The position numbers were made by a program, and so were the translations under genes. Of a DNA stretch of 49,410 nucleotides, positions 16,132-25,939 are shown in pieces. The first letter of the stretch is position 1; each line of letters begins with the position of its first letter. The DNA is from Flavobacteriaceae bacterium. Lineage in GTDB: Bacteria; Bacteroidota; Bacteroidia; Flavobacteriales; Flavobacteriaceae. The notes below the pieces were generated by a model, which had not been told where the DNA came from, did no database searches, and worked only from the letters and a program-made list of their open reading frames with translations. The stretch covers positions 1 through 49,410 of the forward strand of contig JABDNM010000214.1 in assembly GCA_013043825.1 (NCBI GenBank). Reading direction: 5' to 3'.

Positions 16132-18579
16132 TTGTATTTCATAGACGTCATCTTGCCCATTCCATTGAGACAAAGCTTTACCTATAATGTGAATAGGGAT
16201 GAAGCTTATTTCCTGAAACAAGGGATGCGGGTTGCGGTACCATTTGGTAAATCAAAGATCTATACTGCGATCGTTTATAGGATACATCAAAACGATCCTA
16301 CTTCCTATGAAACAAAGTCCATCGATCACATTTTGGACGAAGCACCCATCATTCTAGAACGACAAATGAAGCACTGGGAATGGATGGCGTCCTACTATAT
16401 GTGCACCCTGGGAGAAGTAGTACGGGCCGCTTTACCGGGCGCCTTTCTCTTGGAAAGCGAGACCATTATCTCTCTAGAGAAAAAGGAAGGATTTGATGAG
16501 TCCAACCTGGGGGATGAAGAGTTTTTGGTCTATGAGGCTTTGAAAAATCAATCTTCATTGCACATCAACGATGTTCGATCTATCCTGGACCGTAAACAAG
16601 TGCTGAATGTAATTCATAAACTCATGGATCGTGGACTTGTGGGTGTGAAAGAGGAAGTATACGAGCAGTACCGACCGAAGATCAAGCGATACATCAAGCT
16701 TTCAGGTGTTTATTCGGAAGAAGAAAAATTTCGGGAATTGTTGGATAGCATGAATCGAGCTCCCAAACAGAGGCAGTTGCTCATGACCTTGTTCATGCTG
16801 TCTTCAATGGAAAAAAATGTGGAATCGGTGCTGCTTCAGAAACGATCCAAGACTAACGCTGCTGTAATTAGAACCTTGATCGATAAGGGGATCCTCGAAG
16901 AGTATTTCTTACAGAAAGATCGCATTGAATATGAAGGTGAGCGTCCTTCCGAAGTAAAAAAATTAACCGATGCGCAGGAATTATGTTTACAGGAAATTCG
17001 TGTGTCCTATAAAACACATGCAAGTTGTTTATTGCATGGGGTAACCTCAAGCGGTAAGACCGAGATCTATGTCCAGCTCATTGAATCTATGCTGTCCAGT
17101 GGGAAACAAATCCTTTATATGTTACCCGAGATCGCCTTAACCACTCAATTGATCTCCCGGCTTCAAGCTTATTTTGGTGAGAAGATATCTGTATTTCATT
17201 CCAGGTATTCCATGAACGAGCGGGTGGAGGTTTGGAACCACGTACTTCATCGCAGATCGAAAGCTCAAATAGTAATTGGTGCTCGCAGCTCTTTATTTCT
17301 CCCATTCAGCGACCTTGGACTAGTGATCGTAGATGAAGAACACGAACCATCCTTCAAACAGTTTAGTCCGTCACCGCGATACCACGCCCGGGATGCAGCC
17401 ATCTTTCTGGCGAATTTGCACGGAGCCAAAACCTTGCTCGGTTCGGCAACACCTTCTCTGGAGTCTTTTTACAATGCCCGCGAAGGAAAATTCGGTTTGG
17501 TCCAACTGAGGGAGCGATTTGGGAAGGTCATGATGCCAGAGATCGAATTGGTGGACATCCGGGAGAAGTTGAAAAAACGTCGTATGACAGGTCATTTCAG
17601 CGATCGCTTGCTGGAAGAGATCACTGCCTCCTTGGGGGAGAAAGAGCAGGTCATCCTGTTTCAGAACCGAAGGGGATATTCTCCAGTTGTGGAATGCACC
17701 ACCTGCGGAGTAGCACCTCAGTGCCCCAATTGTGATGTTAGCCTCACTTTCCACCAATTCAGGAACGAGTTGCGCTGCCATTACTGCGGTTATACCATGG
17801 CGATGTTGGTCGCATGCCTGGCTTGCGGAAGTGAGACCCTGGATACCAAAGGTTTTGGTACCGAACAGATCGAGACCGAACTCAAGGAATTATTTCCCGA
17901 TAAAATCATTGCCCGAATGGACCAGGATACAACCAGGGGAAAGCATGCATACGCCAAATTGATCGAGCGCATGGAGGAAGGGGAGATCGACCTTTTGGTT
18001 GGCACGCAAATGCTAGCCAAAGGACTTGACTTCAGGAATGTAAGTTTGGTGGGTGTGATGAATGCCGACAACTTGCTCAACTTTCCCGATTTTAGGGCAC
18101 ATGAACGAAGTTTTCAACTGTTACAGCAGGTTTCGGGAAGGGCAGGCCGAACTGAAAAACAAGGTAAGGTGATCATTCAAAGCTACAATCCGTTACACCA
18201 GATCCTGCAGCAAGTGAGCACCAATGACTATCTGGGCATGTTCGAAGAGCAGAGCGAGGAAAGGCGTCAATACAACTATCCGCCCTTTTTTCGTGCAATT
18301 CGCATTACGTTCAAGCACAGGAATTTTGATACCATGCAGAAGGCTTCTGTCTGGTTCGCTGAAGTCTTGAAAATGCAATTGGGGGAGCAGGTTTTAGGAC
18401 CGGTGAGCCCTCCGGTAGGAAGGATCCGCAATGAATTCATCTCGAATGTTCTGGTAAAGATCTCCAGGGAGCAATCCCTTCCGAAGACAAAAGAATTTAT
18501 GCTAAAAGTATTGCAGCGATTCATGACTCTGAAGGAGTTCTCCAGGGTTAAACTAACCATCGATGTAGATCCGTATTAA
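16132..18579 (+). CDS. priA: Primosomal protein N' (replication restart helicase)
   Basis: GVTSSGKT, PEIAL, DEEH, SATP and four CxxC pairs; TTG start. Confidence 0.96.
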   Translation: MYFIDVILPIPLRQSFTYNVNRDEAYFLKQGMRVAVPFGKSKIYTAIVYRIHQNDPTSYETKSIDHILDEAPIILERQMKHWEWMASYYMCTLGEVVRAALPGAFLLESETIISLEKKEGFDESNLGDEEFLVYEALKNQSSLHINDVRSILDRKQVLNVIHKLMDRGLVGVKEEVYEQYRPKIKRYIKLSGVYSEEEKFRELLDSMNRAPKQRQLLMTLFMLSSMEKNVESVLLQKRSKTNAAVIRTLIDKGILEEYFLQKDRIEYEGERPSEVKKLTDAQELCLQEIRVSYKTHASCLLHGVTSSGKTEIYVQLIESMLSSGKQILYMLPEIALTTQLISRLQAYFGEKISVFHSRYSMNERVEVWNHVLHRRSKAQIVIGARSSLFLPFSDLGLVIVDEEHEPSFKQFSPSPRYHARDAAIFLANLHGAKTLLGSATPSLESFYNAREGKFGLVQLRERFGKVMMPEIELVDIREKLKKRRMTGHFSDRLLEEITASLGEKEQVILFQNRRGYSPVVECTTCGVAPQCPNCDVSLTFHQFRNELRCHYCGYTMAMLVACLACGSETLDTKGFGTEQIETELKELFPDKIIARMDQDTTRGKHAYAKLIERMEEGEIDLLVGTQMLAKGLDFRNVSLVGVMNADNLLNFPDFRAHERSFQLLQQVSGRAGRTEKQGKVIIQSYNPLHQILQQVSTNDYLGMFEEQSEERRQYNYPPFFRAIRITFKHRNFDTMQKASVWFAEVLKMQLGEQVLGPVSPPVGRIRNEFISNVLVKISREQSLPKTKEFMLKVLQRFMTLKEFSRVKLTIDVDPY

Positions 18580-19289
18580 TTCCGCATGGATGCAGAAAGC
18601 GCTTCAACCAATTCGGCTTTTCTGTTTCGCGAAAGGGGCAATTGCTCTTTTTCAAGCTCGATCACCTTACTGTTGTAACGTTCCACCTTATCCAGATTCA
18701 CAATATAGGATTTGTGAATTCTAAGGAACCGTTCTTTGGGCAGTAAAGCTTCGAAGGCTTTCATGGTAGAGAGTACTACCAAGGCATCGTGTTCTGTGAC
18801 TAGTTTTACGTAATCCCCAAGTGCTTCTATGTAGCGTAATTCATTTAGAAAAACTTTACGCTTTTTCAAATTACTCTTTACAAAGATGAAGTCTTCATCA
18901 TCGAAGCCATCTTCATTCTTCATTTTGTAATTAATAATGGCCTTATGCACCGCATTGAGGAAGCGTTCTTTGGAAATAGGCTTCCGCAGGTAGTCTACCG
19001 CATCGTAATCGAAGGCTTTAAACGCATACTTGGTCTTTCCGGTGACAAAGATGATCTGTGGTTTGTGAGTTAGATCGTCTAACAAGTCGAAACCAGACAG
19101 TATAGGCATTTCAATGTCCAGGAAAATTAGGTCGATCTCGGTAGTGGCAAACCCCATCTTCGCTTCGATGGCGTTATTATATTCGGCCACTAAGTCTAAG
19201 GAGGGATGATTCTCAATGAGCTTTACGATAGAAAGCCGCTGTAAGGTGGAATCATCAACTATTGCGCATTTGAGTACAGGTTTGTCCAC
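18576..19289 (-). CDS. LytR/AlgR-family response regulator (REC plus LytTR)
   Basis: IVDD, FLDIEMP, DYLRKP; LytTR motif FLRIHKSYIVN; GTG start. Confidence 0.93.
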   Translation of the reverse strand: MDKPVLKCAIVDDSTLQRLSIVKLIENHPSLDLVAEYNNAIEAKMGFATTEIDLIFLDIEMPILSGFDLLDDLTHKPQIIFVTGKTKYAFKAFDYDAVDYLRKPISKERFLNAVHKAIINYKMKNEDGFDDEDFIFVKSNLKKRKVFLNELRYIEALGDYVKLVTEHDALVVLSTMKAFEALLPKERFLRIHKSYIVNLDKVERYNSKVIELEKEQLPLSRNRKAELVEALSASMRN

Positions 19290-19420
19290 TGTTTATTGGG
19301 TTTGACTTTAGGCAATAATAATGAAAAAAATCGACGAACGGTAACTTTTTTTAACTTTTAACGTAAAAATTCAACACTTTATCATCCCTTGTAGGAAATT
19401 CATTAAGAAAGAAAAAGGGG

Positions 19421-19451
19421 TTTGAAATATGAATAATAAGTAGTATTTTTG
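19421..19451 (+). promoter_or_regulatory. Bacteroidota -33/-7 promoter of the rpsF operon
   Basis: TTTG (19421-19424), 19 nt spacer, TATTTTTG (19444-19451). Confidence 0.75.
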
Positions 19452-19503
19452 CACGCTCTTGGCATGGTGCCAGGGGAATTAAATCAAATTTAATCGATTT
19501 TTT

Positions 19504-19842
19504 ATGAATCATTATGAAACTGTTTTCATCTTAAATCCCGTTTTATCTGAAGAGCAGATAAAGGAAACAGTTAAGAAATATGAAGGTATTCTTGTTTCTA
19601 AAGGTGCTAAGATGATATCGAAAGAGGATTGGGGGCTCAAGAAATTGGCCTATCCTATCCAACACAAAAAAAGTGGATTTTACCACTTGTTTGAATTTAC
19701 TGTGGAAGGCGACGCGATCGACGCCATGGAAGTTGAATTCAGAAGAGACGAGCGTATCATGCGATACCTAACTGTTAAATTGGACAAGCACGCAATTGCC
19801 TGGGCCGAAAAAAGAAGAACCCGTAACAAGCAAAAAGCATAA
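19504..19842 (+). CDS. rpsF: 30S ribosomal protein S6
   Basis: YETVFILNP and WGLKKLAYPI. Confidence 0.98.
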   Translation: MNHYETVFILNPVLSEEQIKETVKKYEGILVSKGAKMISKEDWGLKKLAYPIQHKKSGFYHLFEFTVEGDAIDAMEVEFRRDERIMRYLTVKLDKHAIAWAEKRRTRNKQKA

Positions 19843-19845
19843 GGT

Positions 19846-20142
19846 ATGGCGAGCATTGAACAACAAGCAAAAGGTAAGAAGGACGGAGAAATTAGATATC
19901 TCACTCCTTTGAACATTGAGACTACGAAGGCTAAAAAATATTGCCGATTCAAAAAATCGGGGATTAAGTACATCGATTATAAAGACCCGGATTTCTTGAT
20001 GAAATTTGTGAACGAGCAAGGAAAAATCCTTCCTCGAAGACTAACCGGAACTTCCCTGAAGTATCAGAGAAAAGTGGCAGTGGCTGTTAAAAGAGCCCGT
20101 CACCTTGCCTTGATGCCGTACGTAGCCGATTTATTAAAGTAA
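19846..20142 (+). CDS. rpsR: 30S ribosomal protein S18
   Basis: [15 protein letters not shown] and [13 protein letters not shown]. Confidence 0.98.
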   Translation: MASIEQQAKGKKDGEIRYLTPLNIETTKAKKYCRFKKSGIKYIDYKDPDFLMKFVNEQGKILPRRLTGTSLKYQRKVAVAVKRARHLALMPYVADLLK

Positions 20143-20156
20143 AAAGCAGATAGGAT

Positions 20157-20609
20157 ATGGAACTGATACTAAAAAGAGACGTTGAGAATCTAGGATTTAC
20201 AGACGACGTGGTGACCGTGAAAAACGGTTATGGAAGAAACTTCCTCATCCCTCAGGGTCATGCTGTTTTAGCAACTCCTTCTGCAAAGAAAGTGTTGGCA
20301 GAAACGCTAAAACAACGTGCCTTCAAGGAAAAGAAGATCATCGAAGATGCACAGGCAGAAGCAGAGAAACTGAATGGACTTGAGTTGAAGATCACCGCCA
20401 AAGCTGGTGAAGGAGACAAATTGTTCGGTTCGGTGACCAATGCCAACCTGGCTGAAGCCCTTGAGAAAGAAGGAATCGAATTGGATAAAAAATACATCAC
20501 AATAGCCGGGGGAACCATAAAAAGAACCGGTATGTACGAAGCAAAGATCCGCTTTCACCGCGAGGTAGTAGCCGATTTTTCTTTCGATGTGATCGCAGAA
20601 GCTAAATAG
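20157..20609 (+). CDS. rplI: 50S ribosomal protein L9
   Basis: VKNGYGRNFLIP and KLFGSVT. Confidence 0.98.
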   Translation: MELILKRDVENLGFTDDVVTVKNGYGRNFLIPQGHAVLATPSAKKVLAETLKQRAFKEKKIIEDAQAEAEKLNGLELKITAKAGEGDKLFGSVTNANLAEALEKEGIELDKKYITIAGGTIKRTGMYEAKIRFHREVVADFSFDVIAEAK

Positions 20610-20650
20610 GGCAACTGTTTACAATACAGCAGTTATCAACGACTGTTCAT

Positions 20651-20679
20651 AAAAACCACTCCATCGCGAGTGGTTTTTT
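20651..20679 (+). terminator. Rho-independent terminator of rpsF-rpsR-rplI
   Basis: AAAAACCACTC-CATCGC-GAGTGGTTTTTT. Confidence 0.85.
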
Positions 20680-20747
20680 ATTAACTTTAGGTGAATATTC
20701 ACAACCTAAACAAATACGCCTTGCGCGTTCAAACAACCTTCACAATT

Positions 20748-23700
20748 ATGAGAACAGTCAAGTATCTGCTGTTCGCAGGCGTTATGCTTTTAAGCATTCA
20801 ATCTGCGATGGCACAGGTAACTACATCTAGTATCAAGGGATTGGTATCCGACAGTAGTTCAGAACCCTTTTCGGGGGCAAACATTGTAGCCGTTCACACT
20901 CCTTCGGGAACCACCTACGGCGCAATTACGAATTTTGATGGAAGATTCAACTTACTTAATATGCGGGTAGGAGGTCCTTATTCCATTACCGTGAGTTATG
21001 TGGGTTATAAAACACAAACTTTCGATGACGTATATCTAACCCTGGGTAAGACCGAAAACTTAAAGGTGGTCATGGTCGAAGATGCCGAAGAACTTGATAC
21101 GGTGGTGATAACTGGAACTACAGGAAATAATGTCTTCGGAAGTGACCGAACCGGAGCAGAAACCAGTGTGGGTAGAAGAGAGCTAACGCGACTGCCTACG
21201 ATAACTAGATCGGCTTCCGACTTTACGCGTCTGGAACCAACAGCCAGCGCCGGATCGTTTGCAGGAAGAAACGATCAATTCAATAATTTCTCACTGGATG
21301 GCGCTATTTTCAACAATCCCTTCGGCCTGGATGCAGCGACACCGGGAGGTCAAACCGATGCACAGCCGGTATCCCTTGACGCCATTGACCAGATCCAGGT
21401 TTCTGTAGCACCCTACGATGTAACGCAAGCCGGATTCACCGGAGCCGCTGTAAATGCGGTTACAAAGAGTGGTACCAATGAGTTCCACGGAACTGCCTAT
21501 GGTTTTTTCAGAAATGAAGATCTTACGGGAAGCAAAATTAAAGGAGAAGACATCTTTGTACCAGACCTGAACCAGACTCAGTTCGGTGCGAGCTTGGGCG
21601 GACCCATTGTGAAAAACAAGGTATTCTTCTTCGCCAACTTCGAAGTGGACGATCGGGAAGACCTGGGACAGCCTTGGTTGCCCAATAGGGGGACCGGCGC
21701 CATTAATGAGTCACGTGTATTGGAATCGGACCTTATTTTGGTTCGTGACGCCTTACGCAGCGTTGGCTATGATCCGGGTGCTTATGAAGGGTACACATTG
21801 GCGACCAAATCGGTTAAAGGGATCTTTAAGCTGGACTGGAACGTAAATGATAAGCATCGTGTGGCATTGATCTACAACTTCCTGGATGCATCCAAGGAAA
21901 AGCCAGCTCACCCAACTGCATTAGGGTTCAGAGGCCCCAGCGCTGCTACCTTGCAGTTTGAGAATGCAGGTTATGAGATCAACAATGAATTGAACTCCTT
22001 CCAACTTGAAGTGAATTCACAACTTTCTAATTCTGTCACGAATAAATTCCAGGCAGGATATACGCATTTTGATGATTTCAGGAATCCGCGCTCGACACCG
22101 GCTCCATCTATCACCATTACCAAGGATGGGTCCAACTATATCATCGCGGGGCATGAGCCATTCTCAATCAACAACTTCCTGGATCAGAAAGTATATCAAC
22201 TTACAAACAACTTGAACTATGTAACTGGGGAACATACACTTACTTTCGGGGTATCGTACGAAAAATTTCAATTCGATAATTCCTTTAACCTGGGAGTTTA
22301 CGGAGCACAGGGCGTGTTTTTCCCAACCTCCAGTATCGAAGATTTCCCAACCTTGGTTTCCGATGGGACGCTGCAGGCACTATTCGATGGGGCTATAGCC
22401 GCCAATGCATCACTAAGTTCCAATGAAGAAGGAACCCCTGGTGGATTCGCGCTGGTGGAAGTGGATGTAGGTCAATTGGCATTTTATGCACAGGACGAAT
22501 GGAATGTAAACGACGATTTCAAACTTACCTATGGATTACGACTGGATAAACCGCTCTATTTCAATACCGAACAAAAGGCTCAGGACGTGATCGATGTCTC
22601 CTGTTGTGTGGACACATCCATTCCGTATATCAATCCAAATACAGGCGAGACGGTATTCATCGACAACACCAACCTGCCCAATAATGATTTCTTGTTTTCA
22701 CCACGTGTTGGTTTCAACTGGGATGTACAAAGTGATCGCACCTTCCAGTTACGAGGTGGGTCTGGGCTATTTACAGGTCGTTTTCCATTTGTATGGTTAG
22801 GAAACCAGATTGGAAACCCCAATTTCTTCTTCCTGCAATATGTGGACCCCGATTTCCAATGGCCACAGGTTTGGAGAACCAATATTGGAACCGATTACCG
22901 CTTCGAAGATGGATTGATCCTTACCGGGGATGTATCCTATACCAAAGATGTGAACGGAGCACACGTTCAGAATTGGGGCTTGAGACCTCCTACGGGAACA
23001 CTGGGTGGTGTTGATAACCGACCAATCTATGTGGGGAGTGACGTAGGAAACAGTGCTTTTGTTTTTACAAATTCAGATAAAGGAAGGATATGGAATGTTG
23101 CCGTAAAGGCCCAGAAGAACTTTCAGGACGGGCTTTATGCAAGTATGGCTTATAGCTATTTGAATTCTAAAGATGTGAATTCCATCGAAGCCGAGATCAC
23201 CGGGGATGCCTTCACCTTCAATGCGGCTCGCGGAAATGTGAACAATGACGTTTTGAGTTATTCCCGTTATGGAGATACGCACCGTATCATTGGCGTGGCT
23301 TCTAAAAAATGGACTTATGGAGGTGACAAATGGGCGACCACGGCGTCAATATTCGGGGAATATGCACGTGGAGGACGCTTCAACTACACTTATGGAGGAG
23401 ATATTAACGGCGATGGTTCCAACTTGAACGATCTTCTTTATATCCCCACGGAAAGTGAAATTGGGCAAATGATGTTTTCTGGTCCTGGGCAGGCTGCTGC
23501 TTTCAACGCCTATATTGCACAGGATGATTATTTAAGTGAAAGACGTGGAGAATATGCAGAGCGCTACGGGGCTTTGGCTCCCTGGAGAAGTAGATGGGAC
23601 ATGAAGTTACTTCAGGACTACAATATCGATGTTGGTAACGGTAAGACGCATACTATTCAATTTAGTCTGGACTTGCTCAATATTGGTAATTTCATTAGTT

Positions 23701-23876
23701 CAGAATGGGGCTTGATCCAACAACCTAACAACGTGCAACCCATTGGGGTTGTGGTAGATCCTATGACGAATGTTCCTACCTATACCTTCGATCCTAATTT
23801 GGTAGATACCTTTGGATATGATGCAAGTTTGGCTTCCAGATGGCAGATGCAATTTGGTCTACGCTATATTTTTTAA
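20748..23876 (+). CDS. TonB-dependent outer-membrane receptor (Oar-like) with N-terminal carboxypeptidase-regulatory domain
   Basis: Signal peptide from ATG 20748; plug motif GFTGAAVNAVTKSGTN; AFYAQDEW; C-terminal FGLRYIF. Confidence 0.9.
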   Translation: MRTVKYLLFAGVMLLSIQSAMAQVTTSSIKGLVSDSSSEPFSGANIVAVHTPSGTTYGAITNFDGRFNLLNMRVGGPYSITVSYVGYKTQTFDDVYLTLGKTENLKVVMVEDAEELDTVVITGTTGNNVFGSDRTGAETSVGRRELTRLPTITRSASDFTRLEPTASAGSFAGRNDQFNNFSLDGAIFNNPFGLDAATPGGQTDAQPVSLDAIDQIQVSVAPYDVTQAGFTGAAVNAVTKSGTNEFHGTAYGFFRNEDLTGSKIKGEDIFVPDLNQTQFGASLGGPIVKNKVFFFANFEVDDREDLGQPWLPNRGTGAINESRVLESDLILVRDALRSVGYDPGAYEGYTLATKSVKGIFKLDWNVNDKHRVALIYNFLDASKEKPAHPTALGFRGPSAATLQFENAGYEINNELNSFQLEVNSQLSNSVTNKFQAGYTHFDDFRNPRSTPAPSITITKDGSNYIIAGHEPFSINNFLDQKVYQLTNNLNYVTGEHTLTFGVSYEKFQFDNSFNLGVYGAQGVFFPTSSIEDFPTLVSDGTLQALFDGAIAANASLSSNEEGTPGGFALVEVDVGQLAFYAQDEWNVNDDFKLTYGLRLDKPLYFNTEQKAQDVIDVSCCVDTSIPYINPNTGETVFIDNTNLPNNDFLFSPRVGFNWDVQSDRTFQLRGGSGLFTGRFPFVWLGNQIGNPNFFFLQYVDPDFQWPQVWRTNIGTDYRFEDGLILTGDVSYTKDVNGAHVQNWGLRPPTGTLGGVDNRPIYVGSDVGNSAFVFTNSDKGRIWNVAVKAQKNFQDGLYASMAYSYLNSKDVNSIEAEITGDAFTFNAARGNVNNDVLSYSRYGDTHRIIGVASKKWTYGGDKWATTASIFGEYARGGRFNYTYGGDINGDGSNLNDLLYIPTESEIGQMMFSGPGQAAAFNAYIAQDDYLSERRGEYAERYGALAPWRSRWDMKLLQDYNIDVGNGKTHTIQFSLDLLNIGNFISSEWGLIQQPNNVQPIGVVVDPMTNVPTYTFDPNLVDTFGYDASLASRWQMQFGLRYIF

Positions 23877-23903
23877 TTGCTGAAGGATGAATTGTTTAAA
23901 TTT

Positions 23904-23932
23904 GCGCTCGGTTTAACTCCGGGCGCTTTTTT
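23904..23932 (+). terminator. Rho-independent terminator after the TonB-dependent receptor
   Basis: GCGCTCGG-7 nt-CCGGGCGC plus T6. Confidence 0.7.
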
Positions 23933-24403
23933 ATGAAATATACGCGACTTACACGAGAACAATTGGAAGAACTCCACACAGAGTTTATCACTTTCTTAGC
24001 GACCCAGTCCATCACCGGAAAGGAATGGGCAAAAATAAAAATCAATCAGTCGGAGATTGCAGAGCAACAGATCGATCTATTCAGTGATCTAATATGGGAA
24101 AAGGTACTTGGCAAGGCGAAATTCCTTGAGAGCATGTCACCGGACCAGTTGTTCTTATTTGAGCTGGCAGATACCGAAATGAACGTAATCGTTGTAAAAA
24201 TTTCAGAAGAACACGTGGACCTCACTACTTCCGAAGGCCTACAGTGGCTGCAGGACAACATAGCGAGTGATTCAGTGGAATTCTTTACCGCTTCCAAAAC
24301 ATATTCGGGAACAAAGAACGCAGATATCTTTGAATTGATAAAGCAAGGTGCAGAGATCACAGAAGGCGCGCTGTTCAAGTCCATGAACGATCTTATCAAC
24401 TGA
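23933..24403 (+). CDS. Conserved Bacteroidota protein (DUF6495-like)
   Basis: N-terminus MKYTRLTREQLEELHTEFITFLATQSIT..EW, recognised from memory. Confidence 0.7.
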   Translation: MKYTRLTREQLEELHTEFITFLATQSITGKEWAKIKINQSEIAEQQIDLFSDLIWEKVLGKAKFLESMSPDQLFLFELADTEMNVIVVKISEEHVDLTTSEGLQWLQDNIASDSVEFFTASKTYSGTKNADIFELIKQGAEITEGALFKSMNDLIN

Positions 24404-24514
24404 ATGCCGGTTCCAATGATTGTGAATTAAATAATAATTCAAATTATGAGAATACGAAAACCAGCCCATTTCTAGATCCACGCTGCCTTTTACATCGATC
24501 AAGTTTATCTGGGC

Positions 24515-25762
24515 TTATTCATAGCGTAAGCTCTCAATAGGATCCAGGCGCGCGGCTTTAGCCGCTGGATAGATACCTGATATTAGTGCTACTAGGAAAC
24601 TCATGACCACCGCCCAAATCATGGCGGTCCATGGTACCTGGAAGGATACTTCGAAGAAAGAAGCCATGGCATAACCCACCAAAATTCCCAGGACTATCCC
24701 AAGAATACATCCAAACTGTCCAATAACTATGGCTTCAATAAAAAATTGAGTGGATATGGTAGAGCGTTTGGCTCCAATGGCTTTCCGGATCCCAATCTCC
24801 CTGGTTCTTTGAGAAACGGTCACCAGCATGATATTCATCAATGCAATAGAAGAACCAAGGATCGTAATGATGGAAATGATCCAGGCCGAAATGCGTAAAA
24901 CCGATGAAACTTCTCCAATTACGCTGATTAGATCGTCTGATCGTTGAATACCGAAATTATCGTCTTCCAGGGGTTGAAGTTTACGCACATTTCGGAATAC
25001 CTTGATAGCCTCATCCTGAGCCGAGTCCAGCATGTCGTTATCATCCACTTTCACCGAAATGGTGTAATTGATGCGCGGATCGGTGTAAATTCCCCGGGCT
25101 ACCTGGATGGGGATCACCACTTTGAGGTCCTGGTTATTTCCAAAGGAAGAACCCTTGGATTCCAGTACTCCAATTACCTTGAATTTCACTCCCCGAATAC
25201 TGATGGTTTTGTCAATTGGGTTTTCATTTTCGAAAATTCCTTTCAAAAAATCGGAGCCGATCACCGCAACCTTGGAATTATTCTGAATGTCGAATTGGTT
25301 AAATCCCCTGCCAGTCTCCACCTTACTTCCTGTATTTACCAGGTAATGTTCGTTGGCTCCGAAAACCTGTACATCGGGATCTGTCTTTTTGTTTTCGTAC
25401 TTAACCTCCGCATTCCGCGTACATTGAAAAGAAACAGAAGTTTGTGTAAAGGGATAGTCATATTTATCTACAAATCCACGCACATCGTTATAGCTAATGA
25501 TCGGGTTCACCTTATCTCGACCACCCCTATTGCCTCGCTGCACGAAAATTCCGAATTCATAACGTTGTATGTTGAAGGTATTGGACCCCATGGTGTCGAA
25601 GTTCCCACCAAAGTTTTTCTCCATGGCATCTACGCCACTAAGGGTACCCACCAAAGCCATGATCCCAAGGCTAATGATCACGATGGTGAGGATGGTCTTG
25701 AGTAGTTGAGTTTTGATGGAATTGAGCGCGATGCGCACATTTTCTCTAAAGAGTCCGAACAT
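24515..25762 (-). CDS. ABC transporter permease (MacB/FtsX family)
   Basis: N-terminal TM, periplasmic domain, IALMNIMLVTVSQRTREIGIRKAIGA, and C-terminal AARLDPIESLRYE. Confidence 0.92.
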   Translation of the reverse strand: MFGLFRENVRIALNSIKTQLLKTILTIVIISLGIMALVGTLSGVDAMEKNFGGNFDTMGSNTFNIQRYEFGIFVQRGNRGGRDKVNPIISYNDVRGFVDKYDYPFTQTSVSFQCTRNAEVKYENKKTDPDVQVFGANEHYLVNTGSKVETGRGFNQFDIQNNSKVAVIGSDFLKGIFENENPIDKTISIRGVKFKVIGVLESKGSSFGNNQDLKVVIPIQVARGIYTDPRINYTISVKVDDNDMLDSAQDEAIKVFRNVRKLQPLEDDNFGIQRSDDLISVIGEVSSVLRISAWIISIITILGSSIALMNIMLVTVSQRTREIGIRKAIGAKRSTISTQFFIEAIVIGQFGCILGIVLGILVGYAMASFFEVSFQVPWTAMIWAVVMSFLVALISGIYPAAKAARLDPIESLRYE

Positions 25763-25939
25763 GATTTTGCGATCAGCTTTTTTGTTAGACTAATCTGTGT
25801 GCATAAAGTTACAACTATTTCCGGCCGGCTCTCCTCCCATTATTAATTATAAATTATGATATTTGTGCTCGAATCTATCATTGAAGCGCAACGTCTCTTC
25901 AATGTAACATCTAACGACAAACGTCTAGTATCGAAAATT

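Noticed and set aside
19840-19848. SD-like TAAGGT before rpsR (and AGGA before rplI)
   Set aside because: The spacing to the ATG is only 0-1 nt, too short for a functional Shine-Dalgarno interaction.
24944-25705. 253-aa + strand ORF
   Set aside because: It lies wholly antisense to the well-supported ABC permease and has no recognisable motif; a shadow ORF.
25798-25806. Single DnaA-box match TGTGCATAA between the ABC permease and hisS
   Set aside because: An isolated 9-mer is expected by chance in 49 kb; there is no cluster suggesting an origin.
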